From an uncultured Gemmatimonadaceae bacterium (GTDB lineage Bacteria; Gemmatimonadota; Gemmatimonadetes; Gemmatimonadales; Gemmatimonadaceae), in contig CAWGJO010000036.1 of assembly GCA_963822945.1 (NCBI GenBank), positions 32,001-96,000 of the forward strand: DNA of 64,000 nt. Direction: 5' to 3'. Shown piece by piece: positions 51,328-60,206 of the stretch. The translations under genes were made by a program, and so were the position numbers. Under the pieces are notes generated by a model. It ran no database searches and was not told where the DNA came from. It saw only the letters and a list, made by a program, of their open reading frames with translations. Numbering within the stretch: the first letter of the stretch is position 1; each line of letters begins with the position of its first letter.

Positions 51328-51765
51328 CTAGCGGCCGGGTTCGTGCGGCTTGCCGTCGCGCCGGAGCACCGGCTTCACATCCAGCACCGGCGTGCCATCC
51401 ACCGCCTCGATGGGCCCCACCAGCAGGCGCGTCCCCGAAATCTCCCGGATCGTCACCGGATGCAGCCCGATCGGATTCGGCCGGTCGGGTGAGCGGGTGG
51501 CGAAGACTCCGCGCAGAGGCTTCGACGCATCGCGTCCCGGGTGGACCTGCAGCACGGCGCGGTCCGCGAGGTGGAGCCAGGTGAAGACGAAGATCTCGTC
51601 GCCCACGGTGAGTCCGTGCAGCGCCTCGGCGAACCGGGGCAGGATCTCCAGCCACGCATCGGGGGCGCCGCGGTAGCCCTGCCGGGGAGCGTCCGTCCGG
51701 TTGCGCAGCGGCGAGGCGAGATATCCGATCGGTTCCAGGCGCGTCGATTCGGGTGCGGTGGTCAT
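51328..51765 (-). CDS. trmO: tRNA t6A37 N6-methyltransferase TrmO (TsaA) family
   Basis: LEPIG, APRQG, WLHLADR, RGVFATRSPDRPNPIGL, DGTPVLDVKP. Confidence 0.88.
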   Translation of the reverse strand: MTTAPESTRLEPIGYLASPLRNRTDAPRQGYRGAPDAWLEILPRFAEALHGLTVGDEIFVFTWLHLADRAVLQVHPGRDASKPLRGVFATRSPDRPNPIGLHPVTIREISGTRLLVGPIEAVDGTPVLDVKPVLRRDGKPHEPGR

Positions 51766-51834
51766 GGCGCTGGTGAAGATGGAGTGGCGCGTTGGGGCAA
51801 CCATTGGGCCCGAACCCGCCTCTAACGGAAGACC

Positions 51835-51911
51835 GGCGACTGGTCACTGACGACTCTCGACAATGTAGTTGCCGACAGCACCCAACTACCAGCCGAGAGT
51901 CATCGGTCGCC
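51835..51911. repeat. Palindromic element related to the 24291/25020 family
   Basis: Both arms carry AACTAC-N4/5-CGAGAGTCRTCRGT, as at 25023-25045, but in the opposite arrangement. Confidence 0.7.
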
Positions 51912-51975
51912 CGTGATCCGTCGACCGAGTTTCGATCCGCGGAAACTCCACCGCCCCTCGACCCGTATCACCCCC

Positions 51976-54438
51976 ATGCTAGAAACCTTCGCGCAGGACC
52001 TCAGACACGCCGCCCGGATGTTCAACAAGAGCCGCGGCTTCGTGTTCGCCGCCGTGGCCGCGCTCGCGCTCGGCATCGGCGCCAACACCGCGATCTTCTC
52101 CGTGGTCGACGCCGTGCTCCTGCGCCCCCTGCCCTTTCCGGCGCCAGACCGCATGGTGGTGGTGGGTGTGAAGTCACCGCAGGGGCGCAATCTGTCCGGG
52201 TCGCCGGCCAAGTTCGAGCACTGGCGCCGACAGACCTCGGTGCTGCAGGACGTGGCGGCGTTCACCATCGGGTACATGAACTACACCGGCGGCGAACTGC
52301 CCGAGCAGGTACGGTCGGCGCAGGTCTCGTCGGATTTCTTCCGCCTGTTCGGTGCGCGAACGCGGCTCGGCGGCCCCATTACGAGCCAGGAGGACACTCC
52401 GCACGCCGGTCACTTCGTGGTCATCAGCAACGCGTTCTGGAAGGAGCGGTTCAACAGCGACCCGCAGATGGTGGGCAAGTCCATCTCGCTGGGCGGCGAT
52501 CCGTACACCGTGGTCGGCGTACTCGATGACTTCGACTTCAGCGACTTCGGCGCCACGCCCGACGTGCTCGTGCCCTTCCAGTTCGACCCCACGACCACCG
52601 ACCAGGGGCACTACTTCAACGTGGCCGCGCGGCTCAAGCCCGGCGTGACGCTGGCCGGCGCGAACGCCGAGCTGGCCCATTCCACCGATGCCTACGCGTC
52701 GGCGTTTCCGAATGCGATCCCGAAGGATGGCGCGTTCTTCGCGGTGCCGTTGGGCGACGCGCTGGTGGCGAACGCGCGCACCTCGCTGTACGTGCTGCTG
52801 GGCGCGGTGGGATTCGTGTTGCTCATTGCCTGCGCCAACGTGGCCAACCTGCTGCTCGCCCAGGCCACGGGCCGGAAGCGGGAGATCGCCATCCGCGCCG
52901 CGCTGGGCGGCTCGCGTGCGCGAATCGTGCGCCAGCTCCTCACCGAGAGCGTGCTCCTGTCGATGACCGGCGGTGTGCTCGGCCTCGTGCTCGGCGCCGT
53001 CGGCATCAGGGCCCTGCTCTCCGTGAACACGGCGGGACTGCCGCGCATCGGACCCAACGGCGCCGGCGTGCACATGGACTGGCGGGTGCTCGTGTTCACG
53101 CTCGCCGTGGCGCTCGGCACCGGGATCATCTTCGGCCTCATTCCGGCGCTCACGAGCTCGCGCACCGACCTCGCGGCCACGTTCAAGGAAGGCGCATCGC
53201 GCAGCGGGTCCGGGTTCCGGCAGAACAAGGCGCGGTCGGTATTCATCGTCACGGAGATCGCCCTCGCACTGATCCTCCTCGTGGGATCGGCGCTGCTCAT
53301 CCGTACCGATCTGGCGCTGGCCGGCGTGGACCCCGGCTTCGACGCGCACAACGTGCTCACCATGCGCATGTCGCTCACCGGCCAGCGGTGGGCCAGCACG
53401 GCATCGGTGGCGCAGGCCATCCGCGACGGCGTGCAGCGCGTGCAGGCGATTCCCGGGGTGGAGGTCGCCGGCACCACCTGCTGCGTGCCGCTGCAGGGCG
53501 GCTACGGGTTGCCGTTCACGATCGCCGGCCGCCCACTCACCAATGGGCCGTACACCGGCGGCGCCGCGTGGGTCACCGTATCACCCGGCTACTTCGAGGT
53601 GTTCAAGATCCCCGTCAAGCGGGGCCGCACGTTCACCGACCGCGACGACGCCCACGGCACGCCGGTAGTGGTGATCAACGAAGCGATGGCCAAGCAGTTC
53701 TGGCCCAAGGAGAATCCCATCGGCGCGCACATCACCATCGGCAGGGGCGTGATGAAGGAGTTCGCCGACGAGCCCGAACGCCAGGTGATCGGCGTGGTGG
53801 GCGACAGTCGCGACAACGGGCTCAACAGCGACCCCGCGCCACGGATGTTCTCGCCGCAGGCGCAGAGCCCCGACGCCGTGAATGCGCTCAATTCCGGACT
53901 GGCGCCGCTGGCCTGGGTGGTGCGCACGCGGACACCGCCGATGGCGCTGAGCAGCAAGATCGAGGCGGCCCTGCGCGCCGCCACCGGACTCCCCGTGTCG
54001 AGAATCGAGCCCATGGATCAGGTGGTGCGCAGTTCCACGTCGCGCCAGCGATTCAACATGTGGCTGATGACGGTGTTCGGCGCGAGCGCGTTGGTGCTCG
54101 CCGCCATCGGGATCTACGGGCTCATGGCGTACACCGTGGAGCAGCGCACGCCGGAGATCGGCATCCGCCTCGCGCTGGGAGCCGAGGGGGGACGCGTGAA
54201 GAACATGGTCGTCGCCCAGGGCATGCGGTTGGCGGTGGTCGGTGTGTTGGTGGGCCTGGCCGCGTCGTTCGGACTGACGCGGCTGATCGCGAGTTTCCTG
54301 TTCGGAGTGAATCCCTACGACCCGCTGGTGTTCGTGACCGTGCCGCTGGTGCTCGCCGGCGTCGCGCTGGCCGCCGTGTGGTGGCCGGCGCGACGGGCGA
54401 GCCGCGTGGATCCGCTGACCGCGCTGCGATACGAATAG
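51976..54438 (+). CDS. ADOP-type duplicated MacB/FtsX ABC transporter permease
   Basis: AQDLRHAARM, ALGIGANTAIFS, VLLIACANVANL, REIAIRAALG, VSPGYF, GIYGLMAY.V.QRT.EIGIRLALGA, DPLTALRYE. Confidence 0.93.
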   Translation: MLETFAQDLRHAARMFNKSRGFVFAAVAALALGIGANTAIFSVVDAVLLRPLPFPAPDRMVVVGVKSPQGRNLSGSPAKFEHWRRQTSVLQDVAAFTIGYMNYTGGELPEQVRSAQVSSDFFRLFGARTRLGGPITSQEDTPHAGHFVVISNAFWKERFNSDPQMVGKSISLGGDPYTVVGVLDDFDFSDFGATPDVLVPFQFDPTTTDQGHYFNVAARLKPGVTLAGANAELAHSTDAYASAFPNAIPKDGAFFAVPLGDALVANARTSLYVLLGAVGFVLLIACANVANLLLAQATGRKREIAIRAALGGSRARIVRQLLTESVLLSMTGGVLGLVLGAVGIRALLSVNTAGLPRIGPNGAGVHMDWRVLVFTLAVALGTGIIFGLIPALTSSRTDLAATFKEGASRSGSGFRQNKARSVFIVTEIALALILLVGSALLIRTDLALAGVDPGFDAHNVLTMRMSLTGQRWASTASVAQAIRDGVQRVQAIPGVEVAGTTCCVPLQGGYGLPFTIAGRPLTNGPYTGGAAWVTVSPGYFEVFKIPVKRGRTFTDRDDAHGTPVVVINEAMAKQFWPKENPIGAHITIGRGVMKEFADEPERQVIGVVGDSRDNGLNSDPAPRMFSPQAQSPDAVNALNSGLAPLAWVVRTRTPPMALSSKIEAALRAATGLPVSRIEPMDQVVRSSTSRQRFNMWLMTVFGASALVLAAIGIYGLMAYTVEQRTPEIGIRLALGAEGGRVKNMVVAQGMRLAVVGVLVGLAASFGLTRLIASFLFGVNPYDPLVFVTVPLVLAGVALAAVWWPARRASRVDPLTALRYE

Positions 54439-54442
54439 GGCG

Positions 54443-54889
54443 TCACCGCCCGCCACCGCCGTGGCCGCGCCCCCGCTCGTGCGCCTGGCGGTGGTCCGCC
54501 CTGGCGTCGTCGTGGTGCTTGCGCCCGCGCTTCCAGTCGTCGCGGTCGGGCTCATGCCTGTAGTCGAAGCGCCGATCGAAGCCCACCCACGCAGAGACGT
54601 GCGGCGGCAGGAAGTACTCGTCGTGGTAGCGGTAGACGGCCACCGCACGGGCGCCGCGGACGCGGCGGGGATAGTAGCGGCCCCGGTACTCATACACGAT
54701 CACCGGCGTCCACCTCACGTACGCGGTCCGCCATCCGCCGTAGCGGCTCGAGGAGTAGGCGAACAACCCGATCTCCGGTCCGAGCCGCGTGCCGATTGCG
54801 ACGCTGACGTTCACCTGCGCCGGCGCGTTCGCCGGCAGAACGGCCAGCATCCCGACCAGGGCCGCGATCATCAACGATGTCTTTCGCAT
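54443..54889 (-). CDS. Exported Tyr/Arg-rich hypothetical protein
   Basis: GGGAGG RBS, signal peptide ending APA-QVNVSV, aromatic/Arg-rich core, charged Gly-rich tail. Confidence 0.75.
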   Translation of the reverse strand: MRKTSLMIAALVGMLAVLPANAPAQVNVSVAIGTRLGPEIGLFAYSSSRYGGWRTAYVRWTPVIVYEYRGRYYPRRVRGARAVAVYRYHDEYFLPPHVSAWVGFDRRFDYRHEPDRDDWKRGRKHHDDARADHRQAHERGRGHGGGGR

Positions 54890-55106
54890 ATCGACCTCCC
54901 GTTCAGTGCCGTACCCGGGCTGGTACCCGTGTGCTTGTATGACGTACCTCACCGGCCATTCGTTAGGTCCAAATCTCGCCATACGACGATCACGCCGCGC
55001 AATGTGCGCCAGATCACAGACCGCAATTCGCGTTCGTAAATGCGTGACCGGCGCGCGCTCCCGTCCGTCACTTCACCAGATGACGGACACACATTTCGGG
55101 GGAGCG

Positions 55107-56438
55107 ATGACTTGGAAATCCTGGCTTCAGAGCGCCACGGCAGCGGGGCTGATCATGTTCAGCTCGGCGTGCACGGCGCACTGGGTGGTGGCCTCACAGC
55201 CTGAACCGCAGCCGAGCGGCTACGCGGTGGGCGATCCGCCGCCGGCACCGGTGGAAGTGATTCCTCCGCGGCCGGGCGTGCACTACGTCTGGATCAAGGG
55301 CCACTGGACATGGCGGGCCCCCGTGCAGGAGTACGAGTGGGCGCCGGGCCACTGGCAGTACACCGGCCAGGATGAGTATGCACGGCACGAGCATGCCCGC
55401 GACGACGACGATGACGCGCGCCGTGGCGACCGCGACCACGACATGGAGAACGTCCATGTCTACGGGCGTCCGCCCCGCGATCGTGCGGAGCGCGTTCCGC
55501 CCGCCCCCGGCCGCGACTACGAGTGGGTCAAGGGCCGCTGGGTGTGGCACCAGAACGTGCGCGAATACGAGTGGGAGCGCGGGCGTTGGGAGCGGCCCGC
55601 GCGCGTCGGTCGCACCGACGAGCCGGGACGCACAGCACACGAACGCCCGGCCAATGAGCCCGGCCGTGGCGCCAACGACCACGAGAGCGAACACAACGGC
55701 AACGGCCGCGGTGCGCAAGGCCAGCCGGGCGACAACAACGGTCGCGGCGCGCAGGGGCACGAGGGCGACAACAACGGCAATGGCCGCGGTGCGCAAGGGC
55801 AGCCGGGCGACAGCAACGGCCGCGGTGCTCAGGGGCACCAGGGCGACAACAACGGCAATGGCCGCGGCGCTCAGGGACATCAGGGCGATAACAACGGCAA
55901 CGGCCGCGGCGCGCAGGGACATCAGGGCGACAACAACGGCAACGGCCGTGGTGCGCAGGGACAGCCGGGCGACAGCAACGGTCGCGGCGCTCAGGGGCAT
56001 CAGGGCGACAACAACGGCAACGGCCGTGGTGCGCAGAACCACCCGACGGAGCCGCAGGGCCACGCGGTGGACACGCACCCGATGATCCGTCCGGTGCATC
56101 CGGTGGAGACGCCTCCGGTGAACCCGTCGGTTCGAGGGACCAAGCCGGTGATCGACAACGGCGATCCGACGCCGATTGCCAAGCATCCGCCCAACGCGCG
56201 TGGCAACGTGGTGGTGTACGCCACCCGGCAGCCGCCGCACGACCGGCTCGAGAAGATGCCGCAGCGCCCCGCGCCGGACTTCGTCTGGATCGGCGGGCAT
56301 TGGGCGTGGCAGAACAGCAAGTACGTGTGGATTGCCGGCAGTTGGAACAAGCCGCAGGCCGGGTTCCACAGCTGGGCCCCCGGACACTGGGCGCATGAAG
56401 CGAGGGGGTGGTACTACGTCGAGGGGCATTGGCGTTAG
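55107..56438 (+). CDS. YXWGXW (WXXGXW) repeat lipoprotein with internal G/N/Q-rich tandem repeat
   Basis: GGGGGAG RBS, FSSAC lipobox-like, YVWIKGHW, YEWAPGHW, YEWVKGRW, FVWIGGHW, YVWIAGSW, WAPGHW, YVEGHW. Confidence 0.85.
   Translation: MTWKSWLQSATAAGLIMFSSACTAHWVVASQPEPQPSGYAVGDPPPAPVEVIPPRPGVHYVWIKGHWTWRAPVQEYEWAPGHWQYTGQDEYARHEHARDDDDDARRGDRDHDMENVHVYGRPPRDRAERVPPAPGRDYEWVKGRWVWHQNVREYEWERGRWERPARVGRTDEPGRTAHERPANEPGRGANDHESEHNGNGRGAQGQPGDNNGRGAQGHEGDNNGNGRGAQGQPGDSNGRGAQGHQGDNNGNGRGAQGHQGDNNGNGRGAQGHQGDNNGNGRGAQGQPGDSNGRGAQGHQGDNNGNGRGAQNHPTEPQGHAVDTHPMIRPVHPVETPPVNPSVRGTKPVIDNGDPTPIAKHPPNARGNVVVYATRQPPHDRLEKMPQRPAPDFVWIGGHWAWQNSKYVWIAGSWNKPQAGFHSWAPGHWAHEARGWYYVEGHWR
55692..56037 (+). 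repeat. Coding tandem repeat, nine 36/42-bp units ((NG)NGRGAQG(H/Q)xGD)
   Basis: Nine GRGAQ cores with synonymous variation between units. Confidence 0.9.
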
Positions 56439-56469
56439 GGCGCCGATGGGGACGACGGAGTACCGCTGA

Positions 56470-56507
56470 CACGACGGCTCGGCTGGGAAACCAGTCGAGC
56501 CGTTGTG
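56470..56507 (+). terminator. 17-bp RNA hairpin with GAAA tetraloop after the YXWGXW gene
   Basis: CACGACGGCTCGGCTGG-GAAA-CCAGTCGAGCCGTTGTG. Both mismatches are G-U pairs on the + strand. Confidence 0.6.
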
Positions 56508-56665
56508 CATCAGGACCTCGACCGGCCGGCACGCTCGGCCACCAGTAGCCGCGCGTCGAGCAACTTGGCCAGGTGCGCGCTGGCCGGACGAACCATGTCT
56601 GGCCGGCGAGGCGCTATCGTGCGTCCGATGCTCCGACACCCTGCCCTTCACCAGCGGAAACCTCC

Positions 56666-56977
56666 ACGCCCGTCACCTGCCTCATCCGGTATCGGATCGA
56701 CCCGTATCAGCGAAACGCCTTTGCGGAGTACGCCGCCGCGTGGACACGCATCATCCCCCGGTGCGGCGGCGAATTGCTCGGCTACTTCCTGCCGCTCGAA
56801 GGGACGAACGACGTGGCGTGGGCGCTCATCGGGTTCAAATCGCTCGCCGCGTACGAAGTCTACCGCGTCATGTTGAAGGACGACCCGGAGGGCAGGGCGA
56901 ACTTCGCATTCGCGCGGGAGAAGCGTTTCATCCTGCGGGAGGAGCGGACCTTTCTGCAGCCCGTGCCCACGACATGA
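56666..56977 (+). CDS. NIPSNAP family protein (start codon appears as ACG)
   Basis: [11 protein letters not shown]...FAEYA..W..IIPRCGG.LLGYFLP.EG...F.SLAAYE.YR...[10 protein letters not shown]. Confidence 0.85.
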   Translation, partial: TPVTCLIRYRIDPYQRNAFAEYAAAWTRIIPRCGGELLGYFLPLEGTNDVAWALIGFKSLAAYEVYRVMLKDDPEGRANFAFAREKRFILREERTFLQPVPTT

Positions 56978-57133
56978 CGGCACCGACGGCCGCCGGTAAA
57001 CCCGCCGAGCCGTCATTTCTCCTGTGCGCGGCATCACACGCGAACGACCGACGTGACGCGCGCCCGTGCGCGTCCGTCTCCCTTCGAGTACGGTGGTCGG
57101 CAGCAAACGCGGCAGCAGCACGCAGGAGGCGGA

Positions 57134-57529
57134 ATGAATCGAAGGGTGTGGCTCACCGGCGCCATCGCGGGGTTGAGCCTCGGAGTCATGGCGGGCGCGA
57201 ACGGGCCGTTGCGCGAGCGCACCGCGTTCGGACGCTCCGGGGGCGTCTCGGCATCTGCTCCCGTCGTGCGGTCCGCGCGTACGCCGGCCCAGTCCGCCGA
57301 CAGTGCACGGCCGCGCACCGACACCACCGCCTCCGTTCCGGAACCACCCGATACGCGCGCCGCGCCGCGCGACACGGTGCCCCCACCACCCGGACCCAAC
57401 TACGTGTGGGTCGAGGGCCGTTGGGTCTGGCATGCCGAGAAGCAGAAGTACGATTGGGAACCCGGCTTCTGGCGCCCCGCGCCCCCGGTCTACCTCGCCG
57501 CGGTGCGCGTCATCGGCACACGGACCTGA
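57134..57529 (+). CDS. YXWGXW repeat-containing exported protein
   Basis: AGGAGG RBS, N-terminal hydrophobic segment, PPPPGPNYVWVEGRWVW...YDWEPGFW. Confidence 0.75.
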   Translation: MNRRVWLTGAIAGLSLGVMAGANGPLRERTAFGRSGGVSASAPVVRSARTPAQSADSARPRTDTTASVPEPPDTRAAPRDTVPPPPGPNYVWVEGRWVWHAEKQKYDWEPGFWRPAPPVYLAAVRVIGTRT

Positions 57530-57547
57530 GCCGCTCGGTCGGCCCGG

Positions 57548-58366
57548 TCAGTGCGTCAACGCGTAGATCAGATAGTTGACGCCCAGCTCGTACGCCTCGT
57601 TCGACTCCGCCATCGGGTACCAGCCCTCCGCCGAGAACTCCCAGAAGTTCGAGACGTCGGTGTTGAAGTTGATCATCACCATGAGGCGCTTGGCGGGATC
57701 GTTGTCCTCGTAGATCCCGCGGAACAGCGGCGGCCCGCGATCGTAGTACTGCGGCACGATCCCGAACGAATTGATGTCGAAGAAGGAGTGGAAGATCGGA
57801 TCGCTGGGCTGGAGATCGACGATCTGCGCCTCGGGCAGCACGCGGTGCATCTGCATGGCGAAGTTCGCCCACCCCTGGTAGTCGTCCCGGAAGTCGTCGC
57901 GGAAGTCGTCGAAGATCACGAACCCGCCCTTGAGCAGATACGCGCGGAGATTCGCCGCCTCGGCGTCGGTCATCCCCCAGAAGTCCGCCTCGGTCATGTA
58001 GCTGACGGGGTACTTGAACAACAGTGGGCTGCCCAGCCGGACCACCACCGTGCTCTCGGGATGCGTATCGAGCAACGACACCGTCTGCATGATGTGCATC
58101 AGGTTGTGCTCGGCGTGCGGGTAGCCGTGCGCCCACGCCGGCAGGCCCATGTAGTAGTAGCCGGCCAGCGAGTTGGTGGTGAACGCGATACGCGCGAAGG
58201 TGAAGCGCCCGTCGTAGGGCGGGTTGTGCACCGTGGTGTCGGGGCGCTCGCGCCGGCGGAAGAACCCGCGCCCGGGACGCTGGGCGCTCGCGTGGCGGAG
58301 CGGCAGGGTGGTCGCAACCAGCGCCGCCGCCAGGACTGCGAGACTCCGGGCACGCGTGGTGGGCAC
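57548..58366 (-). CDS. DUF4159 domain-containing exported protein
   Basis: YDGRFTFARI, WAHGYP.AE.N, YPVSYMTE, NLRAYLLKGGFVIFDDF, PIFHSFFDI, N.NTD...WE, LGVNYLIYALTH. Confidence 0.88.
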   Translation of the reverse strand: MPTTRARSLAVLAAALVATTLPLRHASAQRPGRGFFRRRERPDTTVHNPPYDGRFTFARIAFTTNSLAGYYYMGLPAWAHGYPHAEHNLMHIMQTVSLLDTHPESTVVVRLGSPLLFKYPVSYMTEADFWGMTDAEAANLRAYLLKGGFVIFDDFRDDFRDDYQGWANFAMQMHRVLPEAQIVDLQPSDPIFHSFFDINSFGIVPQYYDRGPPLFRGIYEDNDPAKRLMVMINFNTDVSNFWEFSAEGWYPMAESNEAYELGVNYLIYALTH

Positions 58367-58376
58367 ACATGGAAAT

Positions 58377-58419
58377 ATCCCGGACGCACGCCTGCTGACG
58401 AGGGGCGTGCGTCCGGGAT
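58377..58419. terminator. 16-bp hairpin downstream of the NmrA-family gene
   Basis: ATCCCGGACGCACGCC-N11-GGCGTGCGTCCGGGAT. Confidence 0.55.
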
Positions 58420-58442
58420 TTGTGCCTTCTTAACCGGGCGCG

Positions 58443-59393
58443 CTACCCGATGGCAATCTTCGCCACGTTGGCGGCCAGCCAGGCGTCGAAGTCCTGCAGC
58501 GCCGGGTTCAGCTCGCGCGAGCGCTTGGGGTCGCGGTAGCGCAGGAACTCGTCGCCGAGCAGCTGCTGGAACTGGAACATGTTGCCCAGGTCCTCGGCGC
58601 CCGGGAAGCCCAACTTGCGATAGGCGTCGAACGGCATGTCGTAGAAGTTGATCGTCTTGCCCATTGCCTTGCCCATTTTCGCCGCCATCTCCGGCCCGGT
58701 GAGCGACTCGCCGGCCACGCCGATGCGCTGGCCCACCGTCTTCACGCCTTCCTTGAAGATGCCGTACGCGCAGCGGCCGATGTCCTCGGTGCCGATGCCG
58801 GGGAGCTTGGCGCCGCCCAGCGGAAGCGCGAGTACGAGCTTGCCGTCCTCGGCCTTGCGCGGCCCCATGCCGAAGTGGATGAAGTTGTCCCAGTAGAACG
58901 CGGCCAGCAGATACGTGGTGGGCGCGGCCTCCTTGGCAAACACGTCGTCCATCGATCCCTTGGAATCGAAGTGCGGCACCTTGTACTTGCCGAAGAGCGT
59001 CGGCAGGCGATCGTCGGAAAGCGGCACCCACTTGCGAGTATCCTCGAGCGTGGACCAGACGACGTGCTGCAGGCCCGCCTGGCGCGTGGCGCGCGCCATG
59101 CCCGCCGCCTGCCTGCCTTCGCGATCGGCGTCCAGGATCTCCCAATAGTTGGTCACGCAGTACGCGCCGTAGGCGCCGGCCAGCGCGGCCGGCAGCGTGG
59201 ACGCGTCGTCCAGATCGGCGGCGACGACCTCGATGCCGAGCGCGGCCAGTGCCCTGGCCTTCTCGGAGTCGGGCTTGCGAGTGATGGCGCGCGCCGCGAA
59301 GGGGCCGCTCCTGTCGGCGGCAATGGCGCGGGCGAGCCCGCCCCCCTGGGCGCCGGTGGCGCCGAATACGGCGATGATCTTCTTGTCGGACAT
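58443..59393 (-). CDS. NmrA/HSCARG family NAD(P)-binding protein
   Basis: IAVFGATGAQGG, GAYGAYCVTNYW, VVWSTL, VPHFDSK, EDIG. Confidence 0.93.
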   Translation of the reverse strand: MSDKKIIAVFGATGAQGGGLARAIAADRSGPFAARAITRKPDSEKARALAALGIEVVAADLDDASTLPAALAGAYGAYCVTNYWEILDADREGRQAAGMARATRQAGLQHVVWSTLEDTRKWVPLSDDRLPTLFGKYKVPHFDSKGSMDDVFAKEAAPTTYLLAAFYWDNFIHFGMGPRKAEDGKLVLALPLGGAKLPGIGTEDIGRCAYGIFKEGVKTVGQRIGVAGESLTGPEMAAKMGKAMGKTINFYDMPFDAYRKLGFPGAEDLGNMFQFQQLLGDEFLRYRDPKRSRELNPALQDFDAWLAANVAKIAIG

Positions 59394-59465
59394 CGGGACT
59401 CTCCCTGGAGTTGGATGCGAGTGAACGTCGGTCCGTCGCGGAAGAAGACCGGCGGAAATGGGCGG

Positions 59466-59954
59466 TTACGTCTTGGGCGGCGGGGACAGGTCGCCCCGCA
59501 GCCGTTCCAGCACGGCCACGAGGACGGTTGCCTCCTCGTCGCTCACGCGGCTGGTGAAGACACGGCGCACCACGCCCCGGTGGTGCTTGGTGGCTTCGGC
59601 AAACCGTTGCTCGCCGAGCGGCGTGAGCACGATGCGCGTGACGCGCCGGTCGTCCGGGTCGGGCCGACGTTCGAGGAGGCCGTTGGCTTCCATGCGGTCC
59701 ACCAGCGAGGTGAGCCCGCTCTTGCTCTGCACCACGGCGTCGGCGAGATCGGTCATGCGGCACCCGCCCGGGGCTTCGGAGACGTGGAGCATCACGTCGT
59801 ACCGCTGGAAGTCGACCTCGGTGTGCTCCCGGAACTCCCGGTCGAGATACGGGAAGAGGTCCCGCGGGGTCTCGACGAGCAGCCGCCAGGCCCGGCCCTG
59901 AATCGTGGGGCCGCGGGGGCGGGACGAATTCGGTGGTTGCGCGCGCTTGCCCAT
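59466..59954 (-). CDS. MarR family transcriptional regulator
   Basis: YDVMLHV, RMTDLA..V..SKSGLTSLVDRME..GL.ER..P.DRR...LTPLG. Confidence 0.92.
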   Translation of the reverse strand: MGKRAQPPNSSRPRGPTIQGRAWRLLVETPRDLFPYLDREFREHTEVDFQRYDVMLHVSEAPGGCRMTDLADAVVQSKSGLTSLVDRMEANGLLERRPDPDDRRVTRIVLTPLGEQRFAEATKHHRGVVRRVFTSRVSDEEATVLVAVLERLRGDLSPPPKT

Positions 59955-59959
59955 TTTAT

Positions 59960-59990
59960 TACGATGACGAATAGTTCACTATCGTACTAT
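59960..59990. promoter_or_regulatory. AT-rich palindromes upstream of marR, candidate autoregulatory operator
   Basis: ATAGT-TC-ACTAT (59971-59982), overlapping TACGAT-N15-ATCGTA (59960-59986). Confidence 0.45.
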
Positions 59991-60206
59991 CCCATGCCGA
60001 ACTAATTTAACCTGCCCCCCACGGAAGTCCAGCCCGGATGGGGCGCCAGTGCCCGGCCCCGTCCCCGTTCCGGCGGGATCGACCCGGCCGTCACCGGCTC
60101 GTGACGACGACGAGGGACGCCGGCGTGGCCGGGCCGCCGCGATTCGAGTTGTACGAAGAGGTGGAAGCCGTGCAGGCCTGAGGGGAGCGGCGGCCGGCTA
60201 TCGGGC

